Below, in pieces: positions 48,230 to 61,254 of a stretch of 64,000 nt of DNA; within the stretch, counting starts at the first letter, position 1; every line of letters begins with the position of its first letter. The notes under the pieces were generated by a model. The model was given only the letters and a program-made list of their open reading frames with translations, was not told the origin of the DNA and did not search any database. Location: positions 496,001-560,000 of the forward strand of contig JBODTK010000011.1 of the NCBI GenBank assembly GCA_050613775.1, given 5' to 3'. Made by a program: the position numbers and the translations under genes. This DNA comes from Neocallimastix sp. 'constans'. Its lineage: Eukaryota.

Positions 48230-49220
48230 ATTAATACGGACTGAGGAAATTAGTACGGACTCAGGATTACTATAAATAGAGATTCTAAATAATCTATTTC
48301 TATTTGATGTAGTGATGATCAGTTGGATGTGCTACAAGTACTGGGTTGGTGTCGATTTTCATATACAGGGCGTCATCGTCGGGATCAACGAACAAACAGT
48401 AATCTATGTAAACCTGGTAACCTATGATAATATCATAAGAAGGGTCGTTGTCCTCCAATGTATAAAAGGGAGCATTAATGACAAGATTTTCAAATTTTAA
48501 GCTTAAATTAATAACTTGATTAGTAGAGGTCATATTCTTTCCAGGGACTTTATAATAATTTCTTTCAAGGATATTGACTTTATAATTTTTGGTGATTAAT
48601 TAAAAAAAAAAAAGGCTTGTTGATGGTGTTTACTTCTGCTCCTGTATCTACTAGCACCTTAACAACATGTTTATCCATTAGAACCAATCACAGCGGCAAC
48701 ATTAGCTTTATTTATTAAATTTATTCTTTTTGCATTAAGGTCGTTTAAATTGGGTTCAACCACTTTTTCATTTTCAAAAGTGGTATTTTTGTAATCAATG
48801 CTAATATTTTTAAAAACGTTTATAAGAAAATCGGAGTCATTTTTAGTCTAGATTTGTATGGTGAATGACATTGTATTTTTCTAATATCTCTAGTGTTTAA
48901 TTTTAAACCCTTAATGCATAAACGTCTTAATAGGGGGCTAATGGCAAATAGTTGAGCAAAGGTTATTCCGGCATTTGAATTGTTGAGGGCTTCAAAGAGG
49001 TCGTATTCCTTTCTTGTCATCTAACATAAGAATAGTTCTAAGGAAGCCATAATAATTTTTCTTTACAACGTTGCCATTGATTTCCATATCTGGAACGTTG
49101 ATTTCAACATCTTCGTTCTTATTAGTAGAGTCCGGACTTATTCTTCTCTTATTCCTTTCTTCTTTATTCTTTTTCTTGGCTGAAGAGTTATTTTTCCCTG
49201 CAATAACAGAAGTGTCTAAA
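48230..49220 (-). mobile_element. Ty3/gypsy-type gag-protease fragment
   Basis: EYDLFEALNNSNAGITFAQLFAISPLLRRL, then retropepsin motif KVLVDTGAEVNTI (about 48645) and YDIIIGY (about 48425). Frameshifted; no RT seen. Confidence 0.75.
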
Positions 49221-49709
49221 ATTGATTATTATTATATATATTGATTATTATTATTATAAAAAATTTTTTATTACTAATTAAATATTTAATATAATATTGA
49301 TTATTATTATAAAAAATTTATTATTACTATACAAATATTAAAAATTTATTACTTTTACTAAATCGTTTTTAAGAATATTTTAAACAATATTATAAATTTT
49401 AAAATTATTTTATTTTAAAAATAATTTTAAAATAAAATTTACTTATATTATAAAAAATAATATATATTTTTTATAGAAAAAAAAAAAAAAGAACTGAATA
49501 ATTAACACTAATATATTCATAATAAATAATTAAATAAATAAATAATAATTTATTTATTTATTATAAATATATTAGTGCATAATAATAAAGAAAATACTTT
49601 TTTTTTTTTTTTTGAAAAAAAATTATAAAATAAATTATTTATTTAAAACTTTTAAACTATATATATAATTAAATATATTTATTTAAATATTTAATTAAAA
49701 TAATTTACT

Positions 49710-50350
49710 ATAAAAGGAAGAAAATATAAAAATTGAAATATTTGAATCTAATCAAGGAAAAAAACAAATTTATTATTAACAAAAAAATATAAATTTAATT
49801 TTTCATCTAAAAATAAAGATAATTCTAAAGTATATAAATGTACTGAATATAAAATTTTAAGTTGATGTAAATCTTTCATTATTTTTATTAGAAGGAAAAT
49901 TAAAATTTGAAATTTTATATTTAACAACTTTTGATAAAATTCATGATCAATCAAAATAATATAAAGCAGTAAGAAATGAAAATTTTATTATATTTAAAAA
50001 ACCAAATTTAATCTTTCATTCCCTGTTCCAATTAAAATTATTTATAAAATATAATGAAGATATTTATACAGATGGTACATTTTTATATTGCAACAAAATT
50101 TAGTTGTCAAGTGTTCATTATTAGTTGAAGAATTAAATAGTTTTTTATACTACTTCTTTTTTGTTTTTTGATATTAAAAAATAAAAAATATGCTACTAAT
50201 GAGATATTGTTTGAATAAATAAAAAAAATGTTAATAAATATAACAATAATACAATAATTACTCCAAAATATTATTTTCATTGGAATTTCAAAAAAGCCAT
50301 ATCTAATATAACAGAAAAAATATTTCCTAATATAAAGTATTATGTTTAGT
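49710..50350 (+). mobile_element. Degraded MULE transposase fragment 2 (same family as fragment 1)
   Basis: ENIKIEIFESNQGKKQ, KYKFNFSSKNKDNSKVYKCTEYK..CKSFII, EDIYTDGTF (about 50070), FHWNFKKAISN (CDFE-like). A GC-richer possible terminal sequence lies at 50645-50688. Confidence 0.7.
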
Positions 50351-51857
50351 AATATATATTCTAAAGATCTATAACTATTAATATTAATTTTTATATTAAT
50401 ATCAAGAATTTTTTTTTTTCAAAGAGAACTTTTATTTATTTTTTTAATTTTAATATTATTTAAAGAATATTTTTTTTTTTACAATTTTTACATATATAAA
50501 TAATTTTAATTATTAAATGTTTTTTGTTTCTTTTATTTTATTTTAAATTCTTTTCAAAATAAATATAAAATGAATAATAAAATCTTTATTTATTAAAATT
50601 ATTTATTTATTAATTTATTTATTAATTTATTTATTAAAATTTTGAAACGCCATATTTTCCCAAAATGTAACTTTTAACGAAATCCCTTATTAAATTTTAA
50701 TTTTACAAATAGAAGAAAAAGAGAATTCTATAAAAATATTTTAATTTATCAAAAAATAATTATCATTTGGTATTTTATTTACAATGGATTAGGTTTTTAA
50801 TCAAAAAATTATTTAATTACATATTATTTATTTATTTATTTTAATATTATTTATTTATTTATTTATTTATTTTAATTAAATTTTAATTAAAAAAATTTTT
50901 TCAGGAACTGAATTTTTTTTTTTTTTTTTATTATTAATAGTTGTTAATAGATACTATTTTATTATTTATAAAGAGATTATAAAAGAATAAAACTCTTTTT
51001 TATATATGTATATTTATATTAACAATTTTACTTTTTTTTTTTTGGATAGATTCTTCAATTTTAGTTTAAGAAAAAAAAAAAAGAGAAAAAATCTTATTGT
51101 AGAATATATTTTATAAAGTAGCAAAGTATATAATATTATTTAATTACTGAAATAATTTACAATTATATTATAGAGTTAAATATAGAAAATAAACAATTGT
51201 CGAAAATATAGAAATTTCATTTAAATTATAATTAAATAAATTTATATGCAATTTTCGAATTTTTAAAAATATTTATATATTATAATTTACATATTCAATT
51301 GAAAGGAAAAATTATTACATAATTATTTTACATTTACAAAAAGGGTAATATAATAATAACAATATTTATATATATATATATATATTTTAGCAATTAATTG
51401 GCAAGAATAAAAATCATTGTCATTTCAGTAATTTCAATTTATTTAATTATTTAATAATAATTCGATATAATTTTAAAATTATTTTTATTTTATTTTATTT
51501 TATTTATTTATTTATTATATATTATAATAATAACAATACCAATAATAATAATAAATTTGTAAATGGTAAATATATATATGTATTATTTATAATTCACAAC
51601 AATTCAGAAAAAATAATCAACAACGGAAAGATAATCATCTAAACTGTTTTTACTTTATAAAAATAAATTTTAAATCATAAATCTTATAAGATAGCATACC
51701 ACTATTATTAAAAAACTATTTACTCAATAAATAAAAGAATTAAACTTTGATTTTATTTATTTATTTTTTTTTTTTTAATTAAATATTGAACAAAATTAAA
51801 TATATAATTATAAACAAGAATTACAACTGAGGAATAAATATTAATAATAACAAAATA

Positions 51858-54800
51858 ATGTTAACGTATATTTTAAATATAGTTGAGTTAAATAAGAAAA
51901 CAAGAAAGATTCTAAAAAAAAATCAAGATGTAAAAGTATCTTGGTTTAATGCTGTAAAAAATGATGATATATTGGTCATTAAAGATTTAATAAAAAATGA
52001 TTTTGATATTGAAATTACCAATGAAAAAGGTAGTACAGCACTATTGATAGCAGCTAAAGAAGGATATTTTGATTTAGTTCAATGTTTAGTAGAAAATAAT
52101 GCCAATGTAAATCTTCAAAATGATGATGGTGATACTGCCTTAATATTGGCTATTCAAGCAGAAAATTATGAAATAGTCGAGTATTTAATGAATATTATGG
52201 AAGATATCGATAGTGTTAACAAAAAAGGCTGTACCGCCTTAACAATTGCCAGTTCAAAGAATCAAGATGAAATTTCAAAATTATTAATTGGTCGTTACGC
52301 TTACATTGACCAGCAAGATAATAAACAAAGTACACCATTAATATATTATTGTAAGGAAGGTAATCGTAGTATGGTAGATTTTCTATTAATTAGAGATGCC
52401 AATCCTGATTTAGAAGATTGTGAAGGTAATACGGCCTTAATATATGCTTGTGAGAAGGGTTTAATTGATATTGTAAAACTTTTGGTGGCCAAAGGCGCTG
52501 ACTTGAATCATCAAAATCATGAAGGAAATACAGCTTTTATGTATGCTTGTGCTAATAATTCCGTTTCTTGTATTGACTATTTAATACTTCATGGAGCTGA
52601 CATATCTTTAAATAATAAAACAGGGGATAACGCCTTAACCATTTCTGCTTTATATAATAATTATAAATTAACTAAATTTTTAGTAGAAAAGGGAATGGAT
52701 ATTAATTATCAAAATAAGGAAGGTTGGAATGCCCTTATGATTGCTTGTAAAATGAATGGATGGACCAATGTTATTTATCTCTTAGAAAATGGAGCAGATT
52801 ATAAGGTTAAGAATAAAGATGATAATAATGCATTAATGATTGCCTGTATTAATGGTCAAGAATTTATTGCTGAGCACTTAATTAAAATTGATAGTTCCTT
52901 TAATGTAAATGATGAGAATAGTAAGAAGGCGTTCATTTATGCCAGTCAAAATGGTCATAAAAAGGTGGTAGAACTTTTCCTTAATAAAGATATTAATATT
53001 AATTGTAAAGATAATGATAATTGTACGGCCTTCCTTTCAGCGGCTAAAAATGGTCATATGGAAATTTTAAAACTTTTAGATAAAATGGGTGCTACAATTG
53101 ATTTAAGAGATAATGAATTGAATACACCAATTATGTTAGCCAGTAAAAAGGGTTATCGAGGTGTCGTAGAATATTTAATTAATCGTGGTCTCGATATTAA
53201 TGCTAAAAATTCAAAAGAATGGACCGCTTTAATGCTCGCCAGTTATAATGGTCATAAAGAAATGGTAATTTATCTAGTAGAAAGTGGAGCAGAAATTAAT
53301 TCTAAAGATATCGATGGTTGGACCGCATTAACCATTGCCCTCGATAAAGGATTTGAAGATATTGGAGAATATTTAATAGATCAAGGAGCCGATATTCATA
53401 TTCAAGCCAATCAAGAATTTTCAGCCTTGAATTTATCCTGTTGTTATAATCGTTTCCGTTCCGTCAAATTATTAGTAGAAAAGGGGGTAGATGTCAACAG
53501 TGTCAATATTAATGGCTACACTGCCTTAATGTATTCTTGTCAATATGGCTATTTAAATATTGCTAAATACCTTATAAGACATGGTGCCAAGTTGGATTTA
53601 GTGGATACACAAGGTCGAACAGCAATCATGTTTGCCTGTGAACGTGGTCATGATGAAGTCGTGGAATATTTAATGGAAGAAGGTGCAGATTTAGATATAA
53701 AAGATAATGAGGGTAAAACGGCCGCCATTATTTCCAAAGAAAATGAATTTAATGAAGTAGAAAATATTATTGCCGAATTTAAAAAGAAAACCTATGATAT
53801 AAGTTCTGACAGTGATATTCAACGTCAAGTTGATTGGAAGGAGATTCATTTAATTTGTCGTCATGGTCAATTGGATAAATTAAAAGAAATAATAGAACAT
53901 CCAGAGAATATGGACGCCGATACAGATGTGAATATTTATGAGAAAACGGAGGATGGATGGTCTCCACTTCATATTGCTGCCTATTTTAATCAAACCGAAA
54001 TTGTTGATTGCTTATTAGATAATGAATATGATGTTGATATGAAATGTCATGGCTATACCCCATTATATTTTGCCAGTCGTAATGGTCATCAGGAAATGGT
54101 AGAACTTCTCATTAAGAGAGGATCCGAAATTGGAGAATTAAATTCTAACGGCATGACGGCACTTCATGTTGCCTGTTATTATAATCATTATTCAGTGGTA
54201 AAAATTCTTTTAAAACATGGTGCCAGTTTTGATATTGATGAAGCCACAGAATATGAACTCTTCCAGATGGCTGCTAAGAATAAAAATTTAAGAATGATTC
54301 ATCTTCTTCTCGAGGTTGGCCAATTTAATATTAATTCTAAGAATGAACAAGGGGCCACCTTCCTACATCTTTCTGCTAAGAAGAATTATTATAACATTGC
54401 CCGTAATCTTATTAAGGATAAATACTTAGATTTAAATGAAGTAGATCAAGATTTCAATACGCCTTTACATAAGGCCTGTGAATATGGTCATGCCTGCTTT
54501 GTACAACTTCTTCTTCGCTATGATGCCATGGTTAATTTCAAAAATAAATGGGGATTCACCCCCCTTCATTTAGCTTGTCAGCATGGACAAGTTGCGATTG
54601 TTAAATTGCTTCTCGAAAATGGAGCCAATGTAGAAGCTGCCACTCAAGAACAAAAGGTTCCTCTTCATTTTGCCTGTGAAACTAATAATAAAACCATTGC
54701 CAAAATTTTATTAAATTATGGTGCCAATATTAACGCTAAAACATTTTTGAGCTGGACCCCACTACATTATGCCGTTTATCATCAATATACCAATATGGTA

Positions 54801-55331
54801 GCGATGCTTTTCGCATACCATCCTGATATTCTTATTCGTACGAATAGGGAGCAGACAGTGATGGATATGGCCTATGCCAGTAAAAGTGATCATATTTTCA
54901 GACTTCTTCAACGTTACTATTTAGAACAAAAGGGTTACCCAGAGAAGTATGAAGCCTTACTTCATGAGATCAAGACCGGCCGCCAAACCAATGCTCTCAA
55001 TATTATTAAATCCCAAAAGATTTCCTTAGACTATTTAGATCGTCATGGTTGGACCGCGCTTCACTGGGCCAGTTATTTAGGCTATACCGATATTGTGGAG
55101 GAACTTATTCTACATGAGGTTAACATTAATGAACGTACCCGAGAAGGACTAGATGAACAAGATAGTTTAGCCGGTAAAAAGGCAAAAGAATTAGCAAAAC
55201 TTGCTGGACACGAAAAAATTATACAACTTCTTGAGAATCGTAGTCGTGAGCTCAAGAAAGAAAAGATTATTAATACCGCCACCCCTATTGTTTCTACTGG
55301 TATATCTGCTCTTTCCATTGCAGTTGCCTAA
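51858..55331 (+). CDS. Intronless large ankyrin-repeat protein (1157 aa), paralog B
   Basis: Same architecture as 42674-46231. Shared non-repeat landmarks include WKE(F/I)H, WSPLHIA.Y.NQ.EIV..L, KC.GYTPLYFA.RN and ISLDY.D..GWTALHWASY.GYTD.V. Confidence 0.93.
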   Translation: MLTYILNIVELNKKTRKILKKNQDVKVSWFNAVKNDDILVIKDLIKNDFDIEITNEKGSTALLIAAKEGYFDLVQCLVENNANVNLQNDDGDTALILAIQAENYEIVEYLMNIMEDIDSVNKKGCTALTIASSKNQDEISKLLIGRYAYIDQQDNKQSTPLIYYCKEGNRSMVDFLLIRDANPDLEDCEGNTALIYACEKGLIDIVKLLVAKGADLNHQNHEGNTAFMYACANNSVSCIDYLILHGADISLNNKTGDNALTISALYNNYKLTKFLVEKGMDINYQNKEGWNALMIACKMNGWTNVIYLLENGADYKVKNKDDNNALMIACINGQEFIAEHLIKIDSSFNVNDENSKKAFIYASQNGHKKVVELFLNKDININCKDNDNCTAFLSAAKNGHMEILKLLDKMGATIDLRDNELNTPIMLASKKGYRGVVEYLINRGLDINAKNSKEWTALMLASYNGHKEMVIYLVESGAEINSKDIDGWTALTIALDKGFEDIGEYLIDQGADIHIQANQEFSALNLSCCYNRFRSVKLLVEKGVDVNSVNINGYTALMYSCQYGYLNIAKYLIRHGAKLDLVDTQGRTAIMFACERGHDEVVEYLMEEGADLDIKDNEGKTAAIISKENEFNEVENIIAEFKKKTYDISSDSDIQRQVDWKEIHLICRHGQLDKLKEIIEHPENMDADTDVNIYEKTEDGWSPLHIAAYFNQTEIVDCLLDNEYDVDMKCHGYTPLYFASRNGHQEMVELLIKRGSEIGELNSNGMTALHVACYYNHYSVVKILLKHGASFDIDEATEYELFQMAAKNKNLRMIHLLLEVGQFNINSKNEQGATFLHLSAKKNYYNIARNLIKDKYLDLNEVDQDFNTPLHKACEYGHACFVQLLLRYDAMVNFKNKWGFTPLHLACQHGQVAIVKLLLENGANVEAATQEQKVPLHFACETNNKTIAKILLNYGANINAKTFLSWTPLHYAVYHQYTNMVAMLFAYHPDILIRTNREQTVMDMAYASKSDHIFRLLQRYYLEQKGYPEKYEALLHEIKTGRQTNALNIIKSQKISLDYLDRHGWTALHWASYLGYTDIVEELILHEVNINERTREGLDEQDSLAGKKAKELAKLAGHEKIIQLLENRSRELKKEKIINTATPIVSTGISALSIAVA

Positions 55332-55405
55332 GATATAGGTTAAATAAAGTAAGAAAGAGAAAGAGGAAAAAAAAAAGAAAGAAAGAGAAAGAAAGAGCAA
55401 GAAAG

Positions 55406-55464
<59 letters not shown>

Positions 55465-55710
55465 AAAGAATGAGAAAATATAAATAAAATAAAATATATA
55501 TATATATATATATATATGAAATAATAATTATAGTAATAATAAAAAATCAATGAAATAATAATTTTAAAATTTTATATTAATTATCGTTTATAAATTTTTT
55601 TTTTTTTTATTATTATTAGCAATTTTATTAAATGAATAAAAAAGAAGTTTAAAAAAAAAATTAAAAAAAAAAAAAAAAGTGGTAATTAGACTCCATCATC
55701 ATGATTTTTT

Positions 55711-55749
<39 letters not shown>

Positions 55750-56283
55750 TGTTTTATTTTTTTTTTTTTTTTTACTCTTAAACATTAATTATTTTTATTT
55801 TTATTTCTATTATTAATATACATAATGTATAATATATTTTAATATATATTATATATTATATATTACTATATTCTTTTAAAACTATCTTATTTTCCCATCC
55901 CCTTTCTTTTCTTTTTTTTTTTTTTTTTTTCCCATAGTTTATATTCATTGAAAAAAAAAATTCAAAATTGTAAAAAAATAAAAAAAAATAAAAAAAAAAT
56001 TAAAATTGTAAAATAAAAGAATTAAAACTTTAAAAAAAAAAAGGATATATAAATATAATAAATAAATAATATTATATATATTAATTTTTATAAGAACAAA
56101 TAAAAAAAAAAAAATTTTTAAAAAAAATAAAACCAACCATTATAGAATTTTTGAAGGGATATAGCGATGACTTTTAGAATAATCTATAATAATATCATTA
56201 TAATCATTTATTTATATTTATTTTTAATAATTTTAATAATTTTAATAATTTTTTTTTTTTTAATAATTTTTTTTTCTATTTTT

Positions 56284-56314
<31 letters not shown>

Positions 56315-56508
56315 GATTTATACCATGACAATAATTTCAATATATATTATATAAAATGAAAGAATAAAGAGTTTTAAATATTCATTCTAAGGATTTTCAA
56401 ACTCCATTAAATCACTTCTTATATCCTCATTAATTATTTATTTATATCATATTATATCATATTATATTTTTATATAATGTTTGTCTATTCTCCTTTTTAC
56501 TTTTTATC

Positions 56509-56562
<54 letters not shown>

Positions 56563-56607
56563 TCTTATTTGACTTTTTTTTTTTTTTTTTATTGTATTTT
56601 TTTATAA

Positions 56608-56640
<33 letters not shown>

Positions 56641-59192
56641 ATACAAAATTGAAAATCATTTAAAATAAATAAAATAAATAGTAGAACATTAAATATAAAG
56701 ATCAGATTGGGTAGATTGAAATAAAATAATATAAAATAAAAAAAAAAAAAAAAAAAAAAATAAATATAATATATATATAAAGTCTTGTATGAATGTTCTA
56801 TTGTCCATTAAATATAATGATCAGTTTATATATCTATCTAATTAAATCAAAAACAAAAATAAATAATATGTATTTTATCAATAATAAATAATTGTTTTTT
56901 TTTTTTTTTTTTTTTTTTTTTATTTTTATTCATTTTTATTTAATCAGGTTTAACTTTATATATATATATATATTCTATACCTAAAAGTTTTTTTTTTTTT
57001 TTAAAAAAAAAAATTAACAAATAATATTTAATACATTCATTGGATTATAAGAAAAATAAAATAAAATAAAAAAGAAAAAAAATTATATATATATAATTCA
57101 AAATAAAAAAATAAAAAAAAATAATAAAAAAAAAAGATATCGTATAGTAAATTATTAAAGAGAAAGTCATTCATTCATTTACTTTTTCAATAATTAAAAA
57201 TAATAAAAAAAAAAAAATAAAAATAAAATATATATATATGTATGTAATTTTTTTTATTTAATTCTATATAGATTATATAGCTATTTCTATAGATTGAACA
57301 AAAAAAAATTTTTTTTTAATATTGTTGGAATCTCTATTGAAAAATAGAAATTCTTAATTTTAATTTTAATTTTTTATTTATTTTATTTTTTTTATAGAAT
57401 TTACCATTTTATAATTTTTCCTTTTTCTTAATTATTATTCATTATTCATTCATTTATTTTTAAAGATTTCTTTTATAAGTTTAATAATAATATTTTTATT
57501 ATTTTTATTATTATTTTTTAAATTTTTAAAGTTTAAATATTTACAAACACCAATAAATAATTAAATAACTGAATAACAAAAGATAAATAATTAAATAACT
57601 GAATAAATAATTAAATAATTTAATAATAATTAATTGAATAAAAATTAATAGTCATTATCAAATATTATATGATAAATAATAATGATAAAATAATAAGATA
57701 TAAGGCAGTATTTATAACGACTAATTAAAAAAAAAAAAAAAAAAGTCTGTTTAATAATAATTTTATTTATAAGACATACAAAGACTAATTAATTTTTTTT
57801 TTGTAAAAGAAAAATCTGTTCAACTATGCTTTATTAATATAATTGAAAAAAAAAGCTTTATTTTATTTATATGTTATATAATAATGTTTAAAGAAAAGAG
57901 AACAGGAAAAAGGCTATTTATATATAGGCCATAAAATCATTTATTTAGAAACAAAAATTCTCTTCTATAATAAATATAATAATTCAAATTTCAATCTTTT
58001 TCATTTTCTTTATATTCTAATTAAAAAAAAAAAAAAAAAAAAATTAAAATAATAAAATAATTTTATTGGCTGAATTTTAATTAAAGTTTGTTTTTATTAT
58101 GTATAATTATTTTGTTCAATGTGATATATTTCAATATATCCCAATATACATCCTAATATAATAATATATATCATAATTAATTAATAATTAAATAATTTAT
58201 ATAGATTAATTATATTTTTAACTTTATACACCCACTTTTAAAATTAATAATTTTATTAATTATTTTAATTATAAATAATAAATAAATAATTAATTAATAA
58301 ATAAATAAATAAATAATAAATAAATGAATAAATAATTAAATAATTAATAGATAAATAATAAATAAATAATAAATAAATAATTAATTAATTAATTAAATAG
58401 ATGAAATTCTATATAATTAAATAATTCTCTAAAAGTATCTCTATTTTTCTTTAAAATGAAAAAGCGAAAAAATAAAAAAAAAAAAAAAAGTATAAAAACC
58501 ACTGAAATTCACTATTACTTTTTTAATTCTTTGAAACAAGTAAATAAAAAAATTTTTTTTTAATTTTAAAACCAAACCAAAAGTTTTTTTTTAAAGTTAA
58601 ATTACATTATTAATTATTTAAAAATATATATTTATATATCTTTCAATATCATATATAGGTAATTAATTAAGATATTAAAATTATTAATGAATAAAAATTA
58701 TAAAAGAAAGAAAGAAAAAAAAAAATTAAATAATTCATTCTTATAATAATAATTAATATAATATGAAGATATATATATAGAGATAATAAAATATTGTTAA
58801 TAAGTTTTTTTTTTTGTGTAATAATAATAGAAAATATTAATTATATAATAATTGGTTTATATTTTTCAAGTTATTAAATAACTTATTAATAAATAAAAAA
58901 AAAAATTTTTTTAAACTAATATATTAAAACTTTTTTATATAAAAATAATTTAGTTTTTACTAAAAAAAAAAATATTTTTTTCCTATTATTAATTATTTTA
59001 ATAATTAATATAAATTTATATTTTTAATAAATAACTCAAATAAAATCAAACTAAAATCATCATAATAAATAAATAAATAAATAAATAATAACATAATAAT
59101 AATGTAAATGAAAACAAAATAACGTAAAATATATATATATACTTAAAAAAAGTTCATTAACAAAAATAATATTAATATAACTAAATAAAAAA

Positions 59193-59650
59193 ATGAGTGA
59201 TTTAAATAATATCGATTATAGTAATAATCCAACCACTCAACCAAATAATGTACCGATTTACCCTTCAGCACCAGTTAACCAACCAAATAATAATGTACCA
59301 TTATACCCTCCAGTACCAATTGTAAATAATAATGTTCCATTAAACCCTCAAGAGTCATTTATGAATAATAATGTACCAATAAACTCTCAAGTACCAATTA
59401 TACAACAAAATAGTAATGTACAGGTAGCTCCACAAGCTTCAATTGTACAACCAGGTTTTCAACCGGTCTATTTCAATTCAAATCCACCAACCTATGAACA
59501 ATCAATAGATAATAATGTTATCTTAAATTCTACTAGCTTTACTACTACTACACCAACTTCAGAATTTTCTCAAAATCAAAGTAAAGTTAATACTTCTACT
59601 AGAAATCAAGAAGTTGTACTAATGTAAGAATCATAATTTTTATGCTATTT

Positions 59651-59709
<59 letters not shown>

Positions 59710-60086
59710 AGAGAAAATATATAATGTGATTCGAATTACTATAAAAATTAATATTTTATATAATATTTAATTTATAAAATAAAAATATAAATTTTATATA
59801 TATATATTTTCATGAATTACTCTTTATCATTATTATTATTATAAATAGGATAAATGAGACACAAGTACCAAGAAGTAGTTTTAAAATGAGATGTCCACAT
59901 TGTAATAAAACAGTAGATACGGAGGTTCAATTTGAAGATAATGTACTAGTTTGGGCTTTATGTATTATTCTTTTCATATTTACTTGTTTATGTTGTATTC
60001 CATTCTGTATTTCAGATTTAAAGGATGCTGTTCACTATTGTCCAATTTGTAGAAATGAAATTGCTAGAAGAGATAGAGTTATTTAA
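59193..60086 (+). CDS. LITAF-like zinc ribbon domain protein, 2 exons, 222 aa
   Basis: Exons 59193-59623 (donor GTAAGA) and 59849-60086 (acceptor AATAG), phase 2. Pro-rich N-terminus with PSAP and PPTY motifs; CPHC-hydrophobic segment-HYCPIC. Confidence 0.92.
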
Positions 60087-60214
60087 ATGAATTATTAAAA
60101 TAATAAAAGAAATGAAATAAAATAAAAAAGAAAATAAATATTAAAGAAAATATATATATATTTCTTTTTAAATGCGATAAACGAAATAGCGAAACAAACT
60201 CAAAACTAAATTTT

Positions 60215-60270
<56 letters not shown>

Positions 60271-60334
60271 AACAAATTATTAAAAATAATATGTTTTAAT
60301 ATAAATATAATTTTTAAAATTTTTAAGACATCTT

Positions 60335-60368
<34 letters not shown>

Positions 60369-60444
60369 TTTTTAATTCAAAAAATTCATTCGTATATCAA
60401 CAATTTTAAATTAGTATTTATCTAATATTTTATATTTTATATTT

Positions 60445-60490
<46 letters not shown>

Positions 60491-61196
60491 TTATTTTTAT
60501 ATTATTATCAAATATTACTATATTAATAGTTTAAAATAATGATATCTCTCTATTAATTTTATTTTTTATATATGTATAGTTTTTTTTATCAATTAACAAA
60601 TAGGAAACAAGTAAATAAATAAATAAATAATAAAATAGCATTGACTAAATGATTAAAAGCAATGTTATTTATAAAGGATATATATATATTAGTTATTTAG
60701 AATAAAAAAAAATAAAAAATAAAATAAAATAAAATAAAATAATTAAAAAGAAAAATAATTATAATAATAACAATAATAATAAAAAGTTCGTTAAAAAACG
60801 AAACAAAAAATGTTATGTTGATGTGTTTTTAAAATAAAATAAATATATATAATTAATGAAAGTTTTTTTTTTTTTTTTTTTTTTTTTGTTAAATAAATAA
60901 GAAAATATTATAGAAAAAAAAAAAAATTTTTTTTTTATGAAGAGTTTTTTTGTTAAACATATTTTCCTACAGATATTATTATTAAGTTTCAAATAATAAT
61001 TATAATAATATAATAATAATAGTAATAGTAATAGTAATAATAGTAATAATGATAATTATTATTTATTATTTATTATTTATTATTTATTATTTATTATTTA
61101 TTATTTATTATTATTAAAACAATATTAATTGAATTTTTTTTTTTTTAGTAATATAATCTATTAAAAATTTTTATAATATTTAAATATCCTTTAGTT

Positions 61197-61240
<44 letters not shown>

Positions 61241-61254
61241 GGGTATGATCATCT

